Origin: an uncultured Gemmatimonadales bacterium
Lineage (GTDB): Bacteria > Gemmatimonadota > Gemmatimonadetes > Longimicrobiales > RSA9
Direction: 5' to 3'
Length of the DNA stretch: 64,000 bases
Assembly: GCA_963798085.1 (NCBI GenBank)
Contig: CAWCRS010000007.1
Location: 1,504,001-1,568,000 of the forward strand
The notes beneath the pieces were generated by a model that saw only the letters and a list, made by a program, of their open reading frames with translations, ran no database searches and was not told the DNA's origin. The position numbers and the translations under genes are program-made. Positions 11,685 through 25,244 of the stretch are shown here, piece by piece (the stretch's first letter is position 1; each line of letters starts with the position of its first letter).

Positions 11685-12011
11685 ATGAAGTTGCTCCTGC
11701 TGATTCTGGCGATCATGGGGTTCGGTGCGGCACTGCGCCTGGCAGGGCGGGGCGCGTTCCGGCTCATGCGTGGCGGCGTGGATGCGTTCCTGGCCGCGGA
11801 AGTGAGCGATGCGCACGCGCGGCGAGGCGACATCACGGCGCTGCAGGCGGCGGAGACGGCACGCTCGCTGGCGCAGCGCACGCGGCTGGGCGCGATTCTC
11901 GTGCTGGCGGCCAGTGCCGGCCTGCTGATCGCGCCCTGGCTCACGCCCTGGCCCACACTGCTCTACGCGTGCTACGCGCCGCTCTGGCTGCTCGTGCGCA
12001 GGCGGGCATAA
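11685..12011 (+). CDS. Hypothetical small membrane protein
   Basis: 108 aa ORF with 3 hydrophobic segments, 4 nt upstream of rnz. Confidence 0.65.
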   Translation: MKLLLLILAIMGFGAALRLAGRGAFRLMRGGVDAFLAAEVSDAHARRGDITALQAAETARSLAQRTRLGAILVLAASAGLLIAPWLTPWPTLLYACYAPLWLLVRRRA

Positions 12012-12015
12012 CAGC

Positions 12016-12969
12016 ATGTTGCGCGTGACTTTCCTGGGCACCGCCGCCAGCCGGCCCACGGTGGGCCGCAATGTCAGTGCGCTGGCGGTGCAGCGGGAAT
12101 CCGAAGTGATGCTCTTCGATTGCGGCGAGGGCACGCAGCGCCAGATGATGCGCTACGCCACCGGCTTCACAGTCGACGACATCTTCTTCACGCACCTGCA
12201 CGCCGATCACTTCCTGGGGCTGACCGGTCTGCTGCGCACGATGGCGTTGCAGGGTCGCGAGCAGCCCATCCGGCTGTGGTCGCCGGTGGGGTGTGCGCCG
12301 CTGCTGCGCGAGACTGTGGAGCTGGGCCGGGAGCGGGTGCCCTTCGAGGTGGCCATCGCGGAGCTGGAGCCGGAGCAGCGCCTGCCGCGCAATGGGTACG
12401 CGATCGTGGCCTACGCGAATCGCCACGGTGCGCGCTCGCTGGGCTACGCGCTCGTCGAGGATGAGCGGCTCGGCCGCTTCCATCCGGAGCGCGCGCACGA
12501 GCTGGGTGTGCCCGAGGGTCCGCTGTTCGGCCGGCTGCACAAGGGCGAAACGGTCGAGGTCGATGGGCGCATGATTCGTCCGGAAGATGTGGTGGGGCCG
12601 CCCCGCCCCGGCCGCAGACTCGTGTACTCGGGGGACAGCCGGCCCTGTCGCGCGACCGTCGCCATGGCCCGGGATGGCGATCTGCTGATCCATGATGCGA
12701 CGTTCGCGCAGGAGGAACTGGAGCGCGCCCGCATCACGGGCCACTCGACGGCGAGGGAAGCGGCGCAAGTGGCGCAGCGCGCCGGTGTCGCGCGGCTCGT
12801 GCTGACGCACATCTCGGCGCGCTACGCCGACGATCCCCGCCCGCTGGAGCGCGAGGCCCGACAGCTGTTCCCGCACACCGTCGTGGCGCACGACGGCCTG
12901 GTCGTCGAAGTGCCGCTGCGTGACAGCGCCGCAATGCAACCCGCGGAAGCACGGCAGGACGAGGCCTGA
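12016..12969 (+). CDS. rnz: Ribonuclease Z
   Basis: FLGTAASRPT, FDCGEGTQRQ, THLHADHFLG, GVPEGPLFG exosite, YSGD, HDATF, HST, LTHISARY. Confidence 0.95.
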   Translation: MLRVTFLGTAASRPTVGRNVSALAVQRESEVMLFDCGEGTQRQMMRYATGFTVDDIFFTHLHADHFLGLTGLLRTMALQGREQPIRLWSPVGCAPLLRETVELGRERVPFEVAIAELEPEQRLPRNGYAIVAYANRHGARSLGYALVEDERLGRFHPERAHELGVPEGPLFGRLHKGETVEVDGRMIRPEDVVGPPRPGRRLVYSGDSRPCRATVAMARDGDLLIHDATFAQEELERARITGHSTAREAAQVAQRAGVARLVLTHISARYADDPRPLEREARQLFPHTVVAHDGLVVEVPLRDSAAMQPAEARQDEA

Positions 12970-12973
12970 CGCC

Positions 12974-14266
12974 ATGGCAGCGGCGGCAGGCGAGCGCATC
13001 GTGCGCGTTCCCGGCGACAAGTCGATCACGCATCGTGCGCTGCTGTTCAGCGCCTTCGCGTCCGGGCCGACACGCGTGCGCAACGCGCTGCTCGCGGGGG
13101 ACACGCAGTCGACGGCGCAATGCCTGCGCGAACTGGGTGTTAGCGTCCCCGGCCTGGCGCGCGGCGAGATCGTGCTGCACAGCATGGGTCTGGACGGGCT
13201 GCACGCGGCTGCCGGTGCACTTGACTGCGGCAACAGCGGCACCAGCGCTCGGCTGCTGCTGGGTGTGCTGGCGGGCCGGCCGTTCCGCAGTGTGCTGACC
13301 GGCGATGCGTCGCTCCGCTCGCGGCCCATGCGTCGCGTCACCTCGCCCCTGGCTGCGGCCGGTGCGCGCATCGAGGAGCTGGGCGAGCCGGATCGCCTGC
13401 CCATGGCCGTGCTGGGTGGTGGCCTGCACACGATCGAGCATGACGCGCCGCGCGCCAGTGCGCAGGTCAAGAGCGCGCTGCTGCTGGCGGGTGTGAGTGG
13501 CGGTGTCGCGGTGCGCGTGAGCGAGCCGCATCTCTCGCGCGACCACACCGAGCGTATGCTGGCCGCGATGGGTGCGCGGCTGCGCGTGGTCGCGCAGGCG
13601 GGCAGGCCCGGCGTGCAACTGGAGCCCGGCGCCACGCTCCGCCCGCTCGATATCACCGTGCCCGGCGATTTCTCGTCGGCGGCATTCTTCCTGGCGCACG
13701 CGCTGCTGGGCGGTGGCCGCATCCGCATCGAAGGGGTGGGCGTGAATGCCACGCGCACGGGTCTGCTCGCTGTGCTGCAGCGCATGGGCGGGCACGTGGT
13801 CATCGAGGCGGCACGCGAAGCGGGAGGCGAGCCGGTGGCCGACATCGTGTCGTCGCCTGCAATACTCCGTTCCACACAGGTTGGCGAAGCCGAAGTGGTA
13901 CGCATGATCGACGAGATCCCCGTGCTGGCGGTGCTCGCGGCGAGGGCGGAAGGCGAGACGCGTATCACGGGCGCGGAAGAGCTGCGCGTCAAGGAGTCGG
14001 ACCGGATTCGCGCACTGGTGGAGAACCTGCGCGCCGTGGGCGTGCAGGCGGAGGAGCTGCCCGACGGACTGGTGGTGTGCGGCACGGACGCGCCGCTCCG
14101 AGGCCGCGTGCAGTGTCACGGCGATCACCGCATCGCCATGGCGTTCGGCGTGCTGGCGGCACAGCGGGGGAACGATATTGCAGTCGACGATCCGGCCGCA
14201 GCGTCGGTGAGCTTCCCGGAATTCTGGGCGCAGCTGCGCGCCACGGTGCCTGGGACGCGCGTGTGA
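12974..14266 (+). CDS. aroA: 3-phosphoshikimate 1-carboxyvinyltransferase (EPSP synthase)
   Basis: PGDKSITHRA, DCGNSGT, RPMRRV, SAQVKSA, RDHTERML, ELRVKESDRI, DHRIAM. Confidence 0.96.
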   Translation: MAAAAGERIVRVPGDKSITHRALLFSAFASGPTRVRNALLAGDTQSTAQCLRELGVSVPGLARGEIVLHSMGLDGLHAAAGALDCGNSGTSARLLLGVLAGRPFRSVLTGDASLRSRPMRRVTSPLAAAGARIEELGEPDRLPMAVLGGGLHTIEHDAPRASAQVKSALLLAGVSGGVAVRVSEPHLSRDHTERMLAAMGARLRVVAQAGRPGVQLEPGATLRPLDITVPGDFSSAAFFLAHALLGGGRIRIEGVGVNATRTGLLAVLQRMGGHVVIEAAREAGGEPVADIVSSPAILRSTQVGEAEVVRMIDEIPVLAVLAARAEGETRITGAEELRVKESDRIRALVENLRAVGVQAEELPDGLVVCGTDAPLRGRVQCHGDHRIAMAFGVLAAQRGNDIAVDDPAAASVSFPEFWAQLRATVPGTRV

Positions 14267-14946
14267 TCATCACGATCAATGGCCCGGCGGGCTCCGGCAA
14301 GAGTTCGACCGCGCAAGCGCTGGCGGAGCAGCTGCGCATCCGTCACCTCGATTCGGGCGCGTTCTACCGGGCCCTCACGCTGGCCGCGCTGCTGGCGCGC
14401 ATCGCGCCCGATCAATGGGACGTGTTGCGCGAAGACCAGCTGGAGTCGCTCCGTGTGCGCGGCGAGCCCGGTGCGGCGGGCGCGGCGGGCTATCGCATGT
14501 TCGCCGGCGATGACGATGTCACCGATCGCATCCGCTCGCCCGAGGTGAACGCGTATGTGTCGCGCATGGCGAGGGTGCCGGCTGTCAGGCGCTGGCTGCT
14601 GGGCCGGCTGCGCGCAGCGGGCACGAGCGGCAGCCTGGTGGCCGATGGTCGCGACATGGGTACAGTCGTGTTCCCACAGGCGGATCTGAAGATCTTCCTC
14701 ACGGCCAGCCTCGAGACGCGTGCGCGGCGTCGCCTGCTCGAGCGCGGCGAGGCCGAGCCGGACGCGGACATGCTGGCGGCGGAGACCGAGCGCCTGGCGG
14801 ATCGCGATCGCATTGACTCGGAGCGTGCGGTATCGCCGCTGCGTGCTGCCACCGACGCGGTGCACCTCGACACGTCGGGCATGAGTTTCGACGAGCAGGT
14901 GAGCCGCGTGCTCGAGCTGGTCGGCGACCGGCTGGGCGACGCCTGA
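14263..14946 (+). CDS. cmk: Cytidylate kinase
   Basis: ITI(N)GPAGSGKSS, LDSGAFYRA, DGRDMGTVVFP, RDRIDSER. Confidence 0.95.
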   Translation: MIITINGPAGSGKSSTAQALAEQLRIRHLDSGAFYRALTLAALLARIAPDQWDVLREDQLESLRVRGEPGAAGAAGYRMFAGDDDVTDRIRSPEVNAYVSRMARVPAVRRWLLGRLRAAGTSGSLVADGRDMGTVVFPQADLKIFLTASLETRARRRLLERGEAEPDADMLAAETERLADRDRIDSERAVSPLRAATDAVHLDTSGMSFDEQVSRVLELVGDRLGDA

Positions 14947-15012
14947 CGCCGGGTTGCGGCAGGCCCGCCGTCGGCGGGCTTGCGCGCTGTTACGCACGGG
15001 TGGCGAGTCGGC

Positions 15013-15041
15013 TTGACGGATACCACGGGTTCCGGTAGGTT
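15013..15041 (+). promoter_or_regulatory. Putative sigma70 promoter of rpsA
   Basis: TTGACG-17 nt-TAGGTT. Confidence 0.6.
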
Positions 15042-15155
15042 GCACGGCTACCGATAGCGGCCCAATGGCCAACGAGGAGGCACGGTCTGCCTCCTTTATT
15101 GTTCTCTCAACCCGCGCTGGTCCCCGGCTGGACGCGGCAAGTCGGAGCCACCCAC

Positions 15156-17022
15156 ATGACGGAACCGCAGGCAACCCCCGTGGACGAGCAGGTCGAGCAG
15201 GAAATGGCCGTCCGTCCAGCCAACCACGCGCCGCCGCGCATCAGCCTGGCCCCGCGTTCGCCATTCCTCGAGGACGACGAGTATTCGCCCGAGGAATACG
15301 AAGCGATGCTGGAGATGTACGAGGGCACGCTCGCCAATATCGAGGAAGGCGAAATCGTCAAGGCGAGAGTGCTGCGCGTGACGGACAACGCCGTGATCCT
15401 CGATGTCGGGTTCAAGAGCGAAGGCTCGATCACCAAGCGACGAATTCAAGAACGCCGACGACATAAAGCCGGGCGATGAAGTCGAGGTCTTTCTGGAGAA
15501 CCTGGAAGACTCCGAAGGCGTCGTCGTACTGTGCAAGAAGAAAGCGGACTTCCTGCGCGTCTGGGAGAAGATCAAGCGCGCATACGAAGAGAACGACAAG
15601 GTGCCGGGCATGCTGGTCCGCAAGATCAAGGGCGGCGTGACCGTGGACCTGATGGGCGTGGACGCATTCCTGCCGGGCTCGCAGATCGCGCTGCGCCGCG
15701 TGCCGAATATCGAGGACCTGATCGGCCAGACGTTCGAGTTCAAGATCATCAAGCTGAACAAGCGTCGTCGCAACATCGTGGTCAGCCGGCGCGTGATTCT
15801 CGAGGAGGAGCGCGAGACCAAGCGCGAGCAGCTGGTGAAGGAGCTGCTGGTGGGCCAGGTGCGCAAGGGCGTGGTGAAGAACGTCACCGACTTCGGCGCG
15901 TTCATCGACCTCGGCGGACTCGACGGCCTGCTGCACATCACCGACATGAGCTGGGGCCGTGTGGGCCATCCATCGGAGATCGTGCAGATCGGCGATGAGC
16001 TGGACGTGAAGGTGCTCGACATCGACTGGAACCGCGAGCGCATTTCACTCGGCCTCAAGCAGCTGCTGCCGTATCCGTGGAAGGACATCGAGCGCAAGTA
16101 CCCGGTGGGTGCACGCGTGCGTGGCAAGGTGGTGTCGATCACGAATTACGGCGCATTCGTCGAGCTGGAGAAGGGCGTCGAAGGCCTGGTGCACATCAGC
16201 GAGATGTCCTGGACGCGGAACGTGAAGCACCCGTCCAAGCTGGTGTCCATCGGCGACGAGATCGAAGCCGTGGTCCTGAAGGTGGACCGCGACGACGAGA
16301 AGATCTCGCTGGGCATGAAGCAGATCGAGGAGGATCCCTGGCTGGCGCTGCCCGAGAAGTACCCGGTGGGCACGCGCGTGCAGGGCAAGGTGCGCAACCT
16401 CACGTCGTTCGGCGCATTCGTGGAGATCGAGCCGGGCATCGACGGACTTATTCATATCTCCGACATGAGCTGGACGAAGCGCGTGCAGCATCCGTCCGAA
16501 GTGGTGCACAAGGGCGATGATGTCGAGGTCGTCGTGCTGGGCGTCGATCCGGAGAACAAGCGGATCTCGCTTGGTCTGAAGCAGACGCAGGACGATCCGT
16601 GGCCCGCCATTGCGGGCCGCCTCTCGGCGGGTGTCGAGCTGGATGGGAAGGTCGTGCGCCTGCTCGATGACGGCGTGGTGGTGGACCTGGGCGATGAGAT
16701 CGAGGGCTTCGTGCCGCGCAGCCAGGTGCCGGTGCCACCGAACAGGGAACTCTCGCACGTACTGGGCGAGGGGCAGACCATGTCGCTGCGCGTGCTCGAA
16801 TGCGACGCTTCCAATCACCGCATCGTGCTCACGGTGACGCAGATGCCGGAGCCGCCCGTGCGCCGCGAGGAGGCGCCGGCCGCGACGGCGGAGGCCACGA
16901 CCGACGAAGCAGCGACGGCGGACGCAGTGCCCGTGGCCGCCGAGGCCGTGGTCGAAAGCGCACCGGCCGAAGCCGCGGTGGCGGAGGATGGCGCAGCAGA
17001 GAGCGAAGCGTCGACCGCCTGA
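15156..17022 (+). CDS. rpsA: 30S ribosomal protein S1 (one frameshift near 15435)
   Basis: Six S1 repeats (DVGFKSEG, AFLPGSQI, DFGAFIDLGG.DGLLHITDMSW, YGAFVE, FGAFVE, IEGFVP) plus an Ala/Glu-rich tail. Confidence 0.96.
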
Positions 17023-17051
17023 AGAATGGCGGCTGTGCGCAAGGCAGCAAC

Positions 17052-17086
17052 GGATGGGGCTCGCGGCGCGGGCCCCATCCCTTTTT
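17052..17086 (+). terminator. Rho-independent terminator after rpsA
   Basis: GGATGGGGCTCGC...GCGGGCCCCATCC hairpin followed by CTTTTT. Confidence 0.85.
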
Positions 17087-17147
17087 CCGGGTCGCGCGCG
17101 ATTCTATGTTAGGCGGGACCTACACGCGGACAGCAGAGCGAAGCCTC

Positions 17148-18329
17148 GTGGCGAAACGTTGCACTCGCGTCTGGCTCGGAATCGGGCTTCTGGTCACGGC
17201 ATCCGCGTGCCGCAAGGCACCCCTGCAGGCGCCGGCCCCGCAAGCACCCACGGAGCAGCCTCCCCCCGCGCAGAAGCCGCCACCCGCAGCCGTGAAGCTG
17301 GGCGCCATCCTGCCGCTCAGTGCATCGGCGGATCTTTCCGACTACGCGGGCCTGGTGCGCGAAGGCATCGAACTGGCACTGGCGCAGTATCCCGCCGTTC
17401 AGGGTCGCAAGATCGAACTCGTGGTCAAGGATGATGCAGGCGACGCGGCAGAAGCCTCGCGCGCCGCATCCGCGCTGGAAGCGGATGGCGCGGTCGCAAT
17501 CATCGGCCCGCTCACCGGCCCGTCGCTGGACGCCGCCGCGGCGAGTCGCTCGAACAGCACACTCATGATCGTGAGTCCCACCGCAGCGCAGCAGCCTGCG
17601 GGCGCCACACACGTGCTCTCGCTCAACCTGGCGGATGCACGCGGCGCCGCAGCTCTGGCTGCGTGGGCCGTGAGCAACGGCATGACGCGGCTGGCCGTGC
17701 TGGGCGCGAATTCGGCGGACGAAAACGCGCGGGCGCGTGCTTTCGTGCAGGAGGCGACACGGCGAGGCGCGCAGCTGGTGGCGCAGCTCAATTTCGATCC
17801 CGGCACGACCACGTTCGCCACGCCCATCGAGCGCCTGAAGGACGCGCACGCGCAGGCCGTGTTCGTCCCCGCGGGGGAGCGTGACATCAAGCAGATGGCG
17901 CCGCAGTTTGCGTATTTCGGCCTCACCGAGACGCAGATCCTGGGCACCGAAGCGTGGGTAAGCGACGACGTGATGCGATCGCTCTCGGCGGAAACCCTGG
18001 AAGGCGTCGTGGCGGCCACGCCCCTGCCGTCGGCGGAAGGCACGACCGGCTGGAGCGACTTCGTGCACCTCTACGAGCAGACGCAGCGGCGCACGCTCGA
18101 CAATCCCTACCCGGCACTGGGTTACGACGCGGCCATGCTGGTGCTGCAGCAGATCGCCGCCGGCGCCACCGAGCCGGCGTCGGTGGCGGAACGGCTCGCG
18201 TCCATTCGTGACTACCGCGGCGCGACCGGCGTCCTCTCCATAACAGACGGTCAGGTGTCCCGCCGGCCGTTCCTGGTGCGCGTGCGCGGCGGCAAGCTCG
18301 CGTCGATCACCTTCGCGGGCGATTCGTGA
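17148..18329 (+). CDS. Lipoprotein with type I periplasmic-binding fold (LivJ/LppC-like)
   Basis: Signal peptide with lipobox TASAC, Pro-rich linker, [25 protein letters not shown]. Confidence 0.8.
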   Translation: MAKRCTRVWLGIGLLVTASACRKAPLQAPAPQAPTEQPPPAQKPPPAAVKLGAILPLSASADLSDYAGLVREGIELALAQYPAVQGRKIELVVKDDAGDAAEASRAASALEADGAVAIIGPLTGPSLDAAAASRSNSTLMIVSPTAAQQPAGATHVLSLNLADARGAAALAAWAVSNGMTRLAVLGANSADENARARAFVQEATRRGAQLVAQLNFDPGTTTFATPIERLKDAHAQAVFVPAGERDIKQMAPQFAYFGLTETQILGTEAWVSDDVMRSLSAETLEGVVAATPLPSAEGTTGWSDFVHLYEQTQRRTLDNPYPALGYDAAMLVLQQIAAGATEPASVAERLASIRDYRGATGVLSITDGQVSRRPFLVRVRGGKLASITFAGDS

Positions 18330-18342
18330 GGCGCCACGGTCC

Positions 18343-19884
18343 ATGAGCGTGAGCGAACATCTCCGACGACTGGAGGAGCTCGCGCGTCGCGCCGAGCTGG
18401 GTGGTGGCGAAGACCGGCTGCGCGCGCAGCACGAGCGCGGCAAACTCTCGGCGCGCGAACGCCTCGACATGCTGCTCGATGAGGGCAGCTTCGTCGAGCT
18501 GGATCGCTTCGTCACGAATCGCAGTGCCAATGGCGGCGATCCGATCTTCGGTGATGGCGTGGTCACCGGGTACGGCACGGTACGCGACCGGCTCGTCTAC
18601 GTCTTCAGCCAGGACTTCACGGTATTCGGCGGCTCGCTCTCTGAAGCGCACGCCGCAAAGATCGTGAAGATCATGGACCTGGCGCTGAAGAACGGCGCAC
18701 CCGTGATCGGCCTCAATGATTCGGGTGGCGCACGCATCCAGGAAGGCGTGGTGAGCCTGGGCGGCTACGCCGACATCTTCCTGCGCAACACACTGGCGTC
18801 GGGTGTGATTCCGCAGATCAGCGCGATCCTCGGGCCGTGCGCCGGCGGCGCCGTCTACTCGCCCGCCATCACGGACTTCGTCTACATGGTGCGCGGCACG
18901 AGCTACATGTTCGTGACCGGACCCAATGTCGTGAAGACGGTGACGCACGAGGCCATCGACATGGAAGGCCTGGGCGGCGCCAATGTGCACGGCGGCACAT
19001 CCGGTGTCGCGCACTTCGTGCACGATTCTGAACTCGAGTCCATCGAAGCGATCCGCCGTCTGTTCGACTACATCCCGCAGAACAACCGCGAGGACCCGCC
19101 TCGCCGGGAGACCCGCGATCCCTTCGATCGTGGCGCGGAGGAACTGCTCACCATCGTGCCGGACGAGCCCGCGAAGCCGTACGACATGCACGAGGTCATA
19201 CGGCGGGTGGTGGACGACGGCGACTTCCACGAGGTGCACCGCGACTTCGCCGGCAACATCATCGTCGGCTTTGCACACCTGGGCACGCGCGCCGTGGGCG
19301 TAGTCGCCAATCAGCCGGCCGTGCTCGCGGGTGTCCTCGACATCAACAGCGCGGTCAAGGGCGCGCGCTTCGTGCGCTTCTGCGATGCCTTCAACATCCC
19401 GCTGGTCGTGTTCGAGGATGTGCCGGGATTCCTGCCCGGCGTGGCGCAGGAACACGGCGGCATCATCCGCCACGGCGCCAAGCTGCTGTACGCATTCTGT
19501 GAAGCCACCGTGCCGCGCGTCACGATCATCACACGCAAGGCGTACGGCGGCGCGTATGACGTGATGAACTCGAAGCACATCCGCGGTGACATCAACCTGG
19601 CGTGGCCCACCGCGGAGATCGCGGTGATGGGTCCCAAGGGCGCCGTCGAGATCCTGTATCGCAGGGAGATCGCGGATGCGTCCGACCCGGAGGCCGTGGT
19701 CCGTCGGCGCGAGCTGGAGTACCGCGAGCAGTTCGCTCACCCCTACATCGCCGCGGCGCGCGGCTACGTCGATGACGTGATCGACCCGCGCGAGACCCGC
19801 GCCCGCCTCATCAGCGCCCTCGAAATGCTGCGCAACAAGCGCGACACCAATCCGCCCCGGAAGCATGGTAATATTCCGTTATAG
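18343..19884 (+). CDS. pccB: Acyl-CoA (propionyl-CoA) carboxylase beta subunit
   Basis: [64 protein letters not shown]. Confidence 0.93.
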   Translation: MSVSEHLRRLEELARRAELGGGEDRLRAQHERGKLSARERLDMLLDEGSFVELDRFVTNRSANGGDPIFGDGVVTGYGTVRDRLVYVFSQDFTVFGGSLSEAHAAKIVKIMDLALKNGAPVIGLNDSGGARIQEGVVSLGGYADIFLRNTLASGVIPQISAILGPCAGGAVYSPAITDFVYMVRGTSYMFVTGPNVVKTVTHEAIDMEGLGGANVHGGTSGVAHFVHDSELESIEAIRRLFDYIPQNNREDPPRRETRDPFDRGAEELLTIVPDEPAKPYDMHEVIRRVVDDGDFHEVHRDFAGNIIVGFAHLGTRAVGVVANQPAVLAGVLDINSAVKGARFVRFCDAFNIPLVVFEDVPGFLPGVAQEHGGIIRHGAKLLYAFCEATVPRVTIITRKAYGGAYDVMNSKHIRGDINLAWPTAEIAVMGPKGAVEILYRREIADASDPEAVVRRRELEYREQFAHPYIAAARGYVDDVIDPRETRARLISALEMLRNKRDTNPPRKHGNIPL

Positions 19885-19905
19885 GGCTGGGGCTGGGGCT
19901 CTGAC

Positions 19906-21406
19906 ATGAAGAAGGTACTGGTCGCCAACCGCGGGGAAATCGCGGTGCGCATCATCCGGGCGTGCCGCGAGCTGGGATTGCGGTCAGTGGCGGTGTACTC
20001 GACGCCGGATCGGCTGGCGCCGCACGTGCTGCAGGCGGACGAGGCGTACTGGATCGGCGAAGCGCCATCGGCGCAGAGTTACCTGCGGGCGGAGGGGCTC
20101 GTCGCGGTGGCCCTGCGAACGGGCTGTGATGCGGTCCATCCCGGGTACGGCTTTCTCTCGGAACGCGCCTTTTTCGCGGAGGCTGTTGCAGCGGCGGGGC
20201 TCACGTTCGTGGGTCCGCCCGCCGCGGCCATCACCGCCATGGGTGACAAGACCGAGGCCAGGCGGCGCATGATCGCCGCGGGCGTCCCGGTCGTGCCGGG
20301 CACTGCGGAACCGCTGGCGGATGTGGCGGCGGCCCAGCGCGCCGCGGCAGCGATCGGGTTTCCGGTGATGCTGAAAGCGTCTGCGGGTGGAGGGGGCAAG
20401 GGCATGCGCGCGGTGCGCGCCGCGGCCGACCTGCCCCGCGCCTTCGAGGGCGCGGCGCACGAGGCGAGGACCGCGTTTGGCGATGGCCGCCTCTACCTCG
20501 AGAAGTTCCTCGAGCATCCTCGTCACATCGAGATCCAGGTGCTGGCCGATGCGCACGGCAACACGCTCTCGCTGGGTGAGCGCGAGTGTTCCGTGCAGCG
20601 GCGCCATCAGAAGATGATCGAGGAAGCGCCATCGCCCGTGCTGACACCGGAACTGCGCGCAGGCATGGGGCTGGCCGCCGTGACCGCCGCACAGGCGGTG
20701 GAGTACCGCAATGCCGGGCACCATCGAGTTCCTCTACCAGGACGGCGCATTCTTCTTTCTCGAGATGAACACGCGCATCCAGGTGGAACACCCGGTTACC
20801 GAGCTGGTGACCGGCCTCGACCTCGTGCAGTGGCAGTTGCGTATTGCGGCGGGCGAAACGCTGCCGCTGGCACAGGCCGACGTGCCATTGCGCGGCCACG
20901 CCATCGAATGCCGCATCACCAGCGAGGACGCCTTTGCCGGATTCCTGCCGTCGACCGGTCGCATCGAGCGCGTGGAACTGCCGGCGGGGCCGGGCGTGCG
21001 CTGGGATGGCGCCATAACAGAAGGTTATGAGGTATCGCTGCACTACGACCCGCTGCTGGGCAAGCTCATCGTGCACGGACCGGACCGCGCCACCGCCATC
21101 GAGCGCATGCGCCGGGCGCTGGGCGAGCTGCGCATCATTGGCGTGGACACCAGCGTGCCCTTCCTGCGGCGGGTGATGGAAGAGCCCGACTTCCGCGCCG
21201 GGCGGCTCGACATTGGCTACATCGAAGCGCACCCGGCACTGCTGGCGGCTGACGGCGATCCCGTACGCGAGCGCCTCGTGGCGCTCGCCGTGGCGCTTGC
21301 GGAGGAGGAGAATCGCAAGCGACGCGCAGTGCCGCGCACGGCGCGCGACGAAACGTCCGGCGGGCAGGCATGGCGGAGCACCAGCTGGCGGACATGGGAG
21401 CGCTGA
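19906..21406 (+). CDS. accC: Biotin carboxylase subunit (frameshift near 20715)
   Basis: [67 protein letters not shown]. Confidence 0.93.
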
Positions 21407-22723
21407 TGGGCGAGCGGCCCCGGGGCGCCGCCGAGCCACGCAGACAGGGCGGAGAGGAAGGCGTGCGCATCATCGGCATCGCGGCCGGCGGTGCGGGCGT
21501 GGGCCGGCTCGAGGACGGTCGGGTCGCGTTCGTGCAGCGCACCGCTCCCGGCGACCTCGTCGACATCGCGCTCCAGGAACAGAAGCCGCGCTGGGTGCGC
21601 GGGCGCCTGCTGCGTGTGCAGGAAGCCGGCGAGGACCGCCGCGAGGCGCCCTGCCCGCATTACGCGGGCTGCGGCGGTTGCACGCTCGAGCACCTCACGC
21701 CCGCGGCGCAGCTGCGCGCCCGCGGCAGCATCGTGCGGGAAGCGTTGCGGCGCATCGGCGGCATCGACGTGAACGAACCCGACGTCGTCGCCTCACCTCT
21801 CGAATTCCGCTACCGCAACCGCGTATCGCTGACCCTGCGCCGTCCGGGCGGCGGCCGCGTGAGCGCGGGTTTTCACGAGCTTGACCGGCCCGATCGCGTG
21901 CTCGACATCGACGAACGGTGTCAGCTCATGGAGCCGCTGCTGGCAGACGCCTGGCGCTCATTGCGTGCCGGCTGGGGCGCGCATGCCAGTCGCCTGCCTG
22001 CCGGGGAGACACTGCGCCTCACCCTGCGCGCCACGCATACCGGTGAAGTCTCGCTGCTGGCGGAGAACGGCTATGGCGATGGCCAGCCCGATGCGTTGCT
22101 CGCGCACGTGCCGCAGATCGTCTCACTGTGGAAGCGCGCGCCGGAGCACGTGCCGGAACTGGTCGCGGGTCGGGCCGCACTGCTCGAACAATGGAACGGC
22201 GAGACCGTGCAGCTCGGTGGCAGCGTGTTCCTGCAGGTGAACCGGCAGGCGGCTGCGCTGCTCGAGAATCACGTACTCGCCCTCTGCGGCAGCGTGCAGG
22301 GGCAGCGCGTGGTCGACGCCTACTGCGGCGTGGGCCTGTACGCGCGCCGCTGCCAGCGCCAGGGCGCGCACATCACCGGCATCGAGCTGGACCCGCTGGC
22401 GGCGCGCGAGGCGAGGCGAGGCTGCAGTCCGCAGGCGCAGATCATCGAAGGCCGCGTGGAAGAGCACATAACCGCGTGTTTGCCAGCCGACCTGGTCATC
22501 CTGAACCCGCCGCGTGCCGGGCTGGATGCGCGCGTCTGCACGGCGCTCGTGGCAACGCCGCCTGCGCGCGTACTGTACGTCAGCTGCGATCCCGCTACAC
22601 TGGCGCGCGACCTCGGCCGGCTGAAATCCGCGTTCACGCTGACCGTCGCTGCGCTGCTTCGATCTCTTCCCGCAGACTGCCCATGTGGAAACCGTGGTGG
22701 AGCTGGCATGCGCTACTACGTGA
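21406..22723 (+). CDS. rlmD: 23S rRNA m5U methyltransferase, RlmD/TrmA family (frameshift near 22650)
   Basis: TRAM-like start, CPHYAGCGGC, YRNR, FLQVN, DAYCGVG, NPPRAG, YVSCDPATLARD; the C-terminal FDLFPQTAHVE lies in a shifted frame ending at TGA 22721-22723. Confidence 0.88.
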
Positions 22724-23210
22724 CCCTCGGGAGCAGGACCTGCGAGGTGGATCTGCGCGGCGCGCTGCCCGTCGTGGATGGCCGCGCGGTGCATGCGGAA
22801 ATGCAGCGCGTGGCGGGCACGCCGCTGCACCATCTGCTGGCGGACGGTCAGTCGTTCCCGCTCGTCCTGCGCCCGGCCGGGGGCCGGGGCCAGTGGGACG
22901 TGTACTTCGACGGACGCCACTACACCGTCGAAGTGCTCGATGAGCGCACACGCGCTATCCGCGAGATGACGGGCAGGAGCAGCACGGCACGCGGGCCTCG
23001 CCCCGTGCGCGCGCCCATGCCGGGCCTGGTGGTACGCATCGAAGTGGAAGCCGGGCAGACGGTACGCGCGGGTCAGGGCGTCGTGATCGTCGAAGCCATG
23101 AAAATGGAGAACGAGCTGAAAGCGGAGACGAGCGGCATCGTCTCGCGGGTACTGGTATCTCCGGGCCAGGCGGTGGAGAAGGGTACCGTGCTGGTCGAAC
23201 TGCAGGCGGA

Positions 23211-23214
<4 letters not shown>
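22708..23214 (+). CDS. Biotin carboxyl carrier protein (BT+BCCP)
   Basis: MRYYVTLG start, [16 protein letters not shown] biotinylation motif. Confidence 0.9.
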
Positions 23215-24883
<1,669 letters not shown>

Positions 24884-24914
24884 ATTCACTCGCAGGATTC
24901 CAACACCGGGACTC

Positions 24915-25240
24915 ATGCCGACTTACGAGTATCGCTGCGCCAACGGACACAGCTTCGAGCAGTTCCAGCGCATGAATGAAAAACCGCTGGACACATGCCC
25001 GGTGTGCGGATGCCCCCGCGGAACGACTGCTGTCCGCGGGCGCCGGCCTGCTGTTCAAGGGGTCGGGCTTCTACATCACCGACTACCGCAGCGACGCGTA
25101 CAAGAAGGCGGAAGCGGCGGAAACCGGCGGCTCGAAGGATACCGCGAAGAGCAGTGACGGCAGCACGTCGAAACCCGCCAGCGAGAGCAGCAGCGCGAAG
25201 CCCGCGTCCGGCGATGCCAAGGCGTCCGGCGATTCATGGT
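24915..25240 (+). CDS. FmdB-family zinc-ribbon protein (frameshift near 25010; end approximate)
   Basis: MPTYEYRC..GH.FE..Q..CPVCG...FKGSGFYITDY followed by a Ser/Lys-rich tail. Confidence 0.85.
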
Positions 25241-25244
25241 CCCG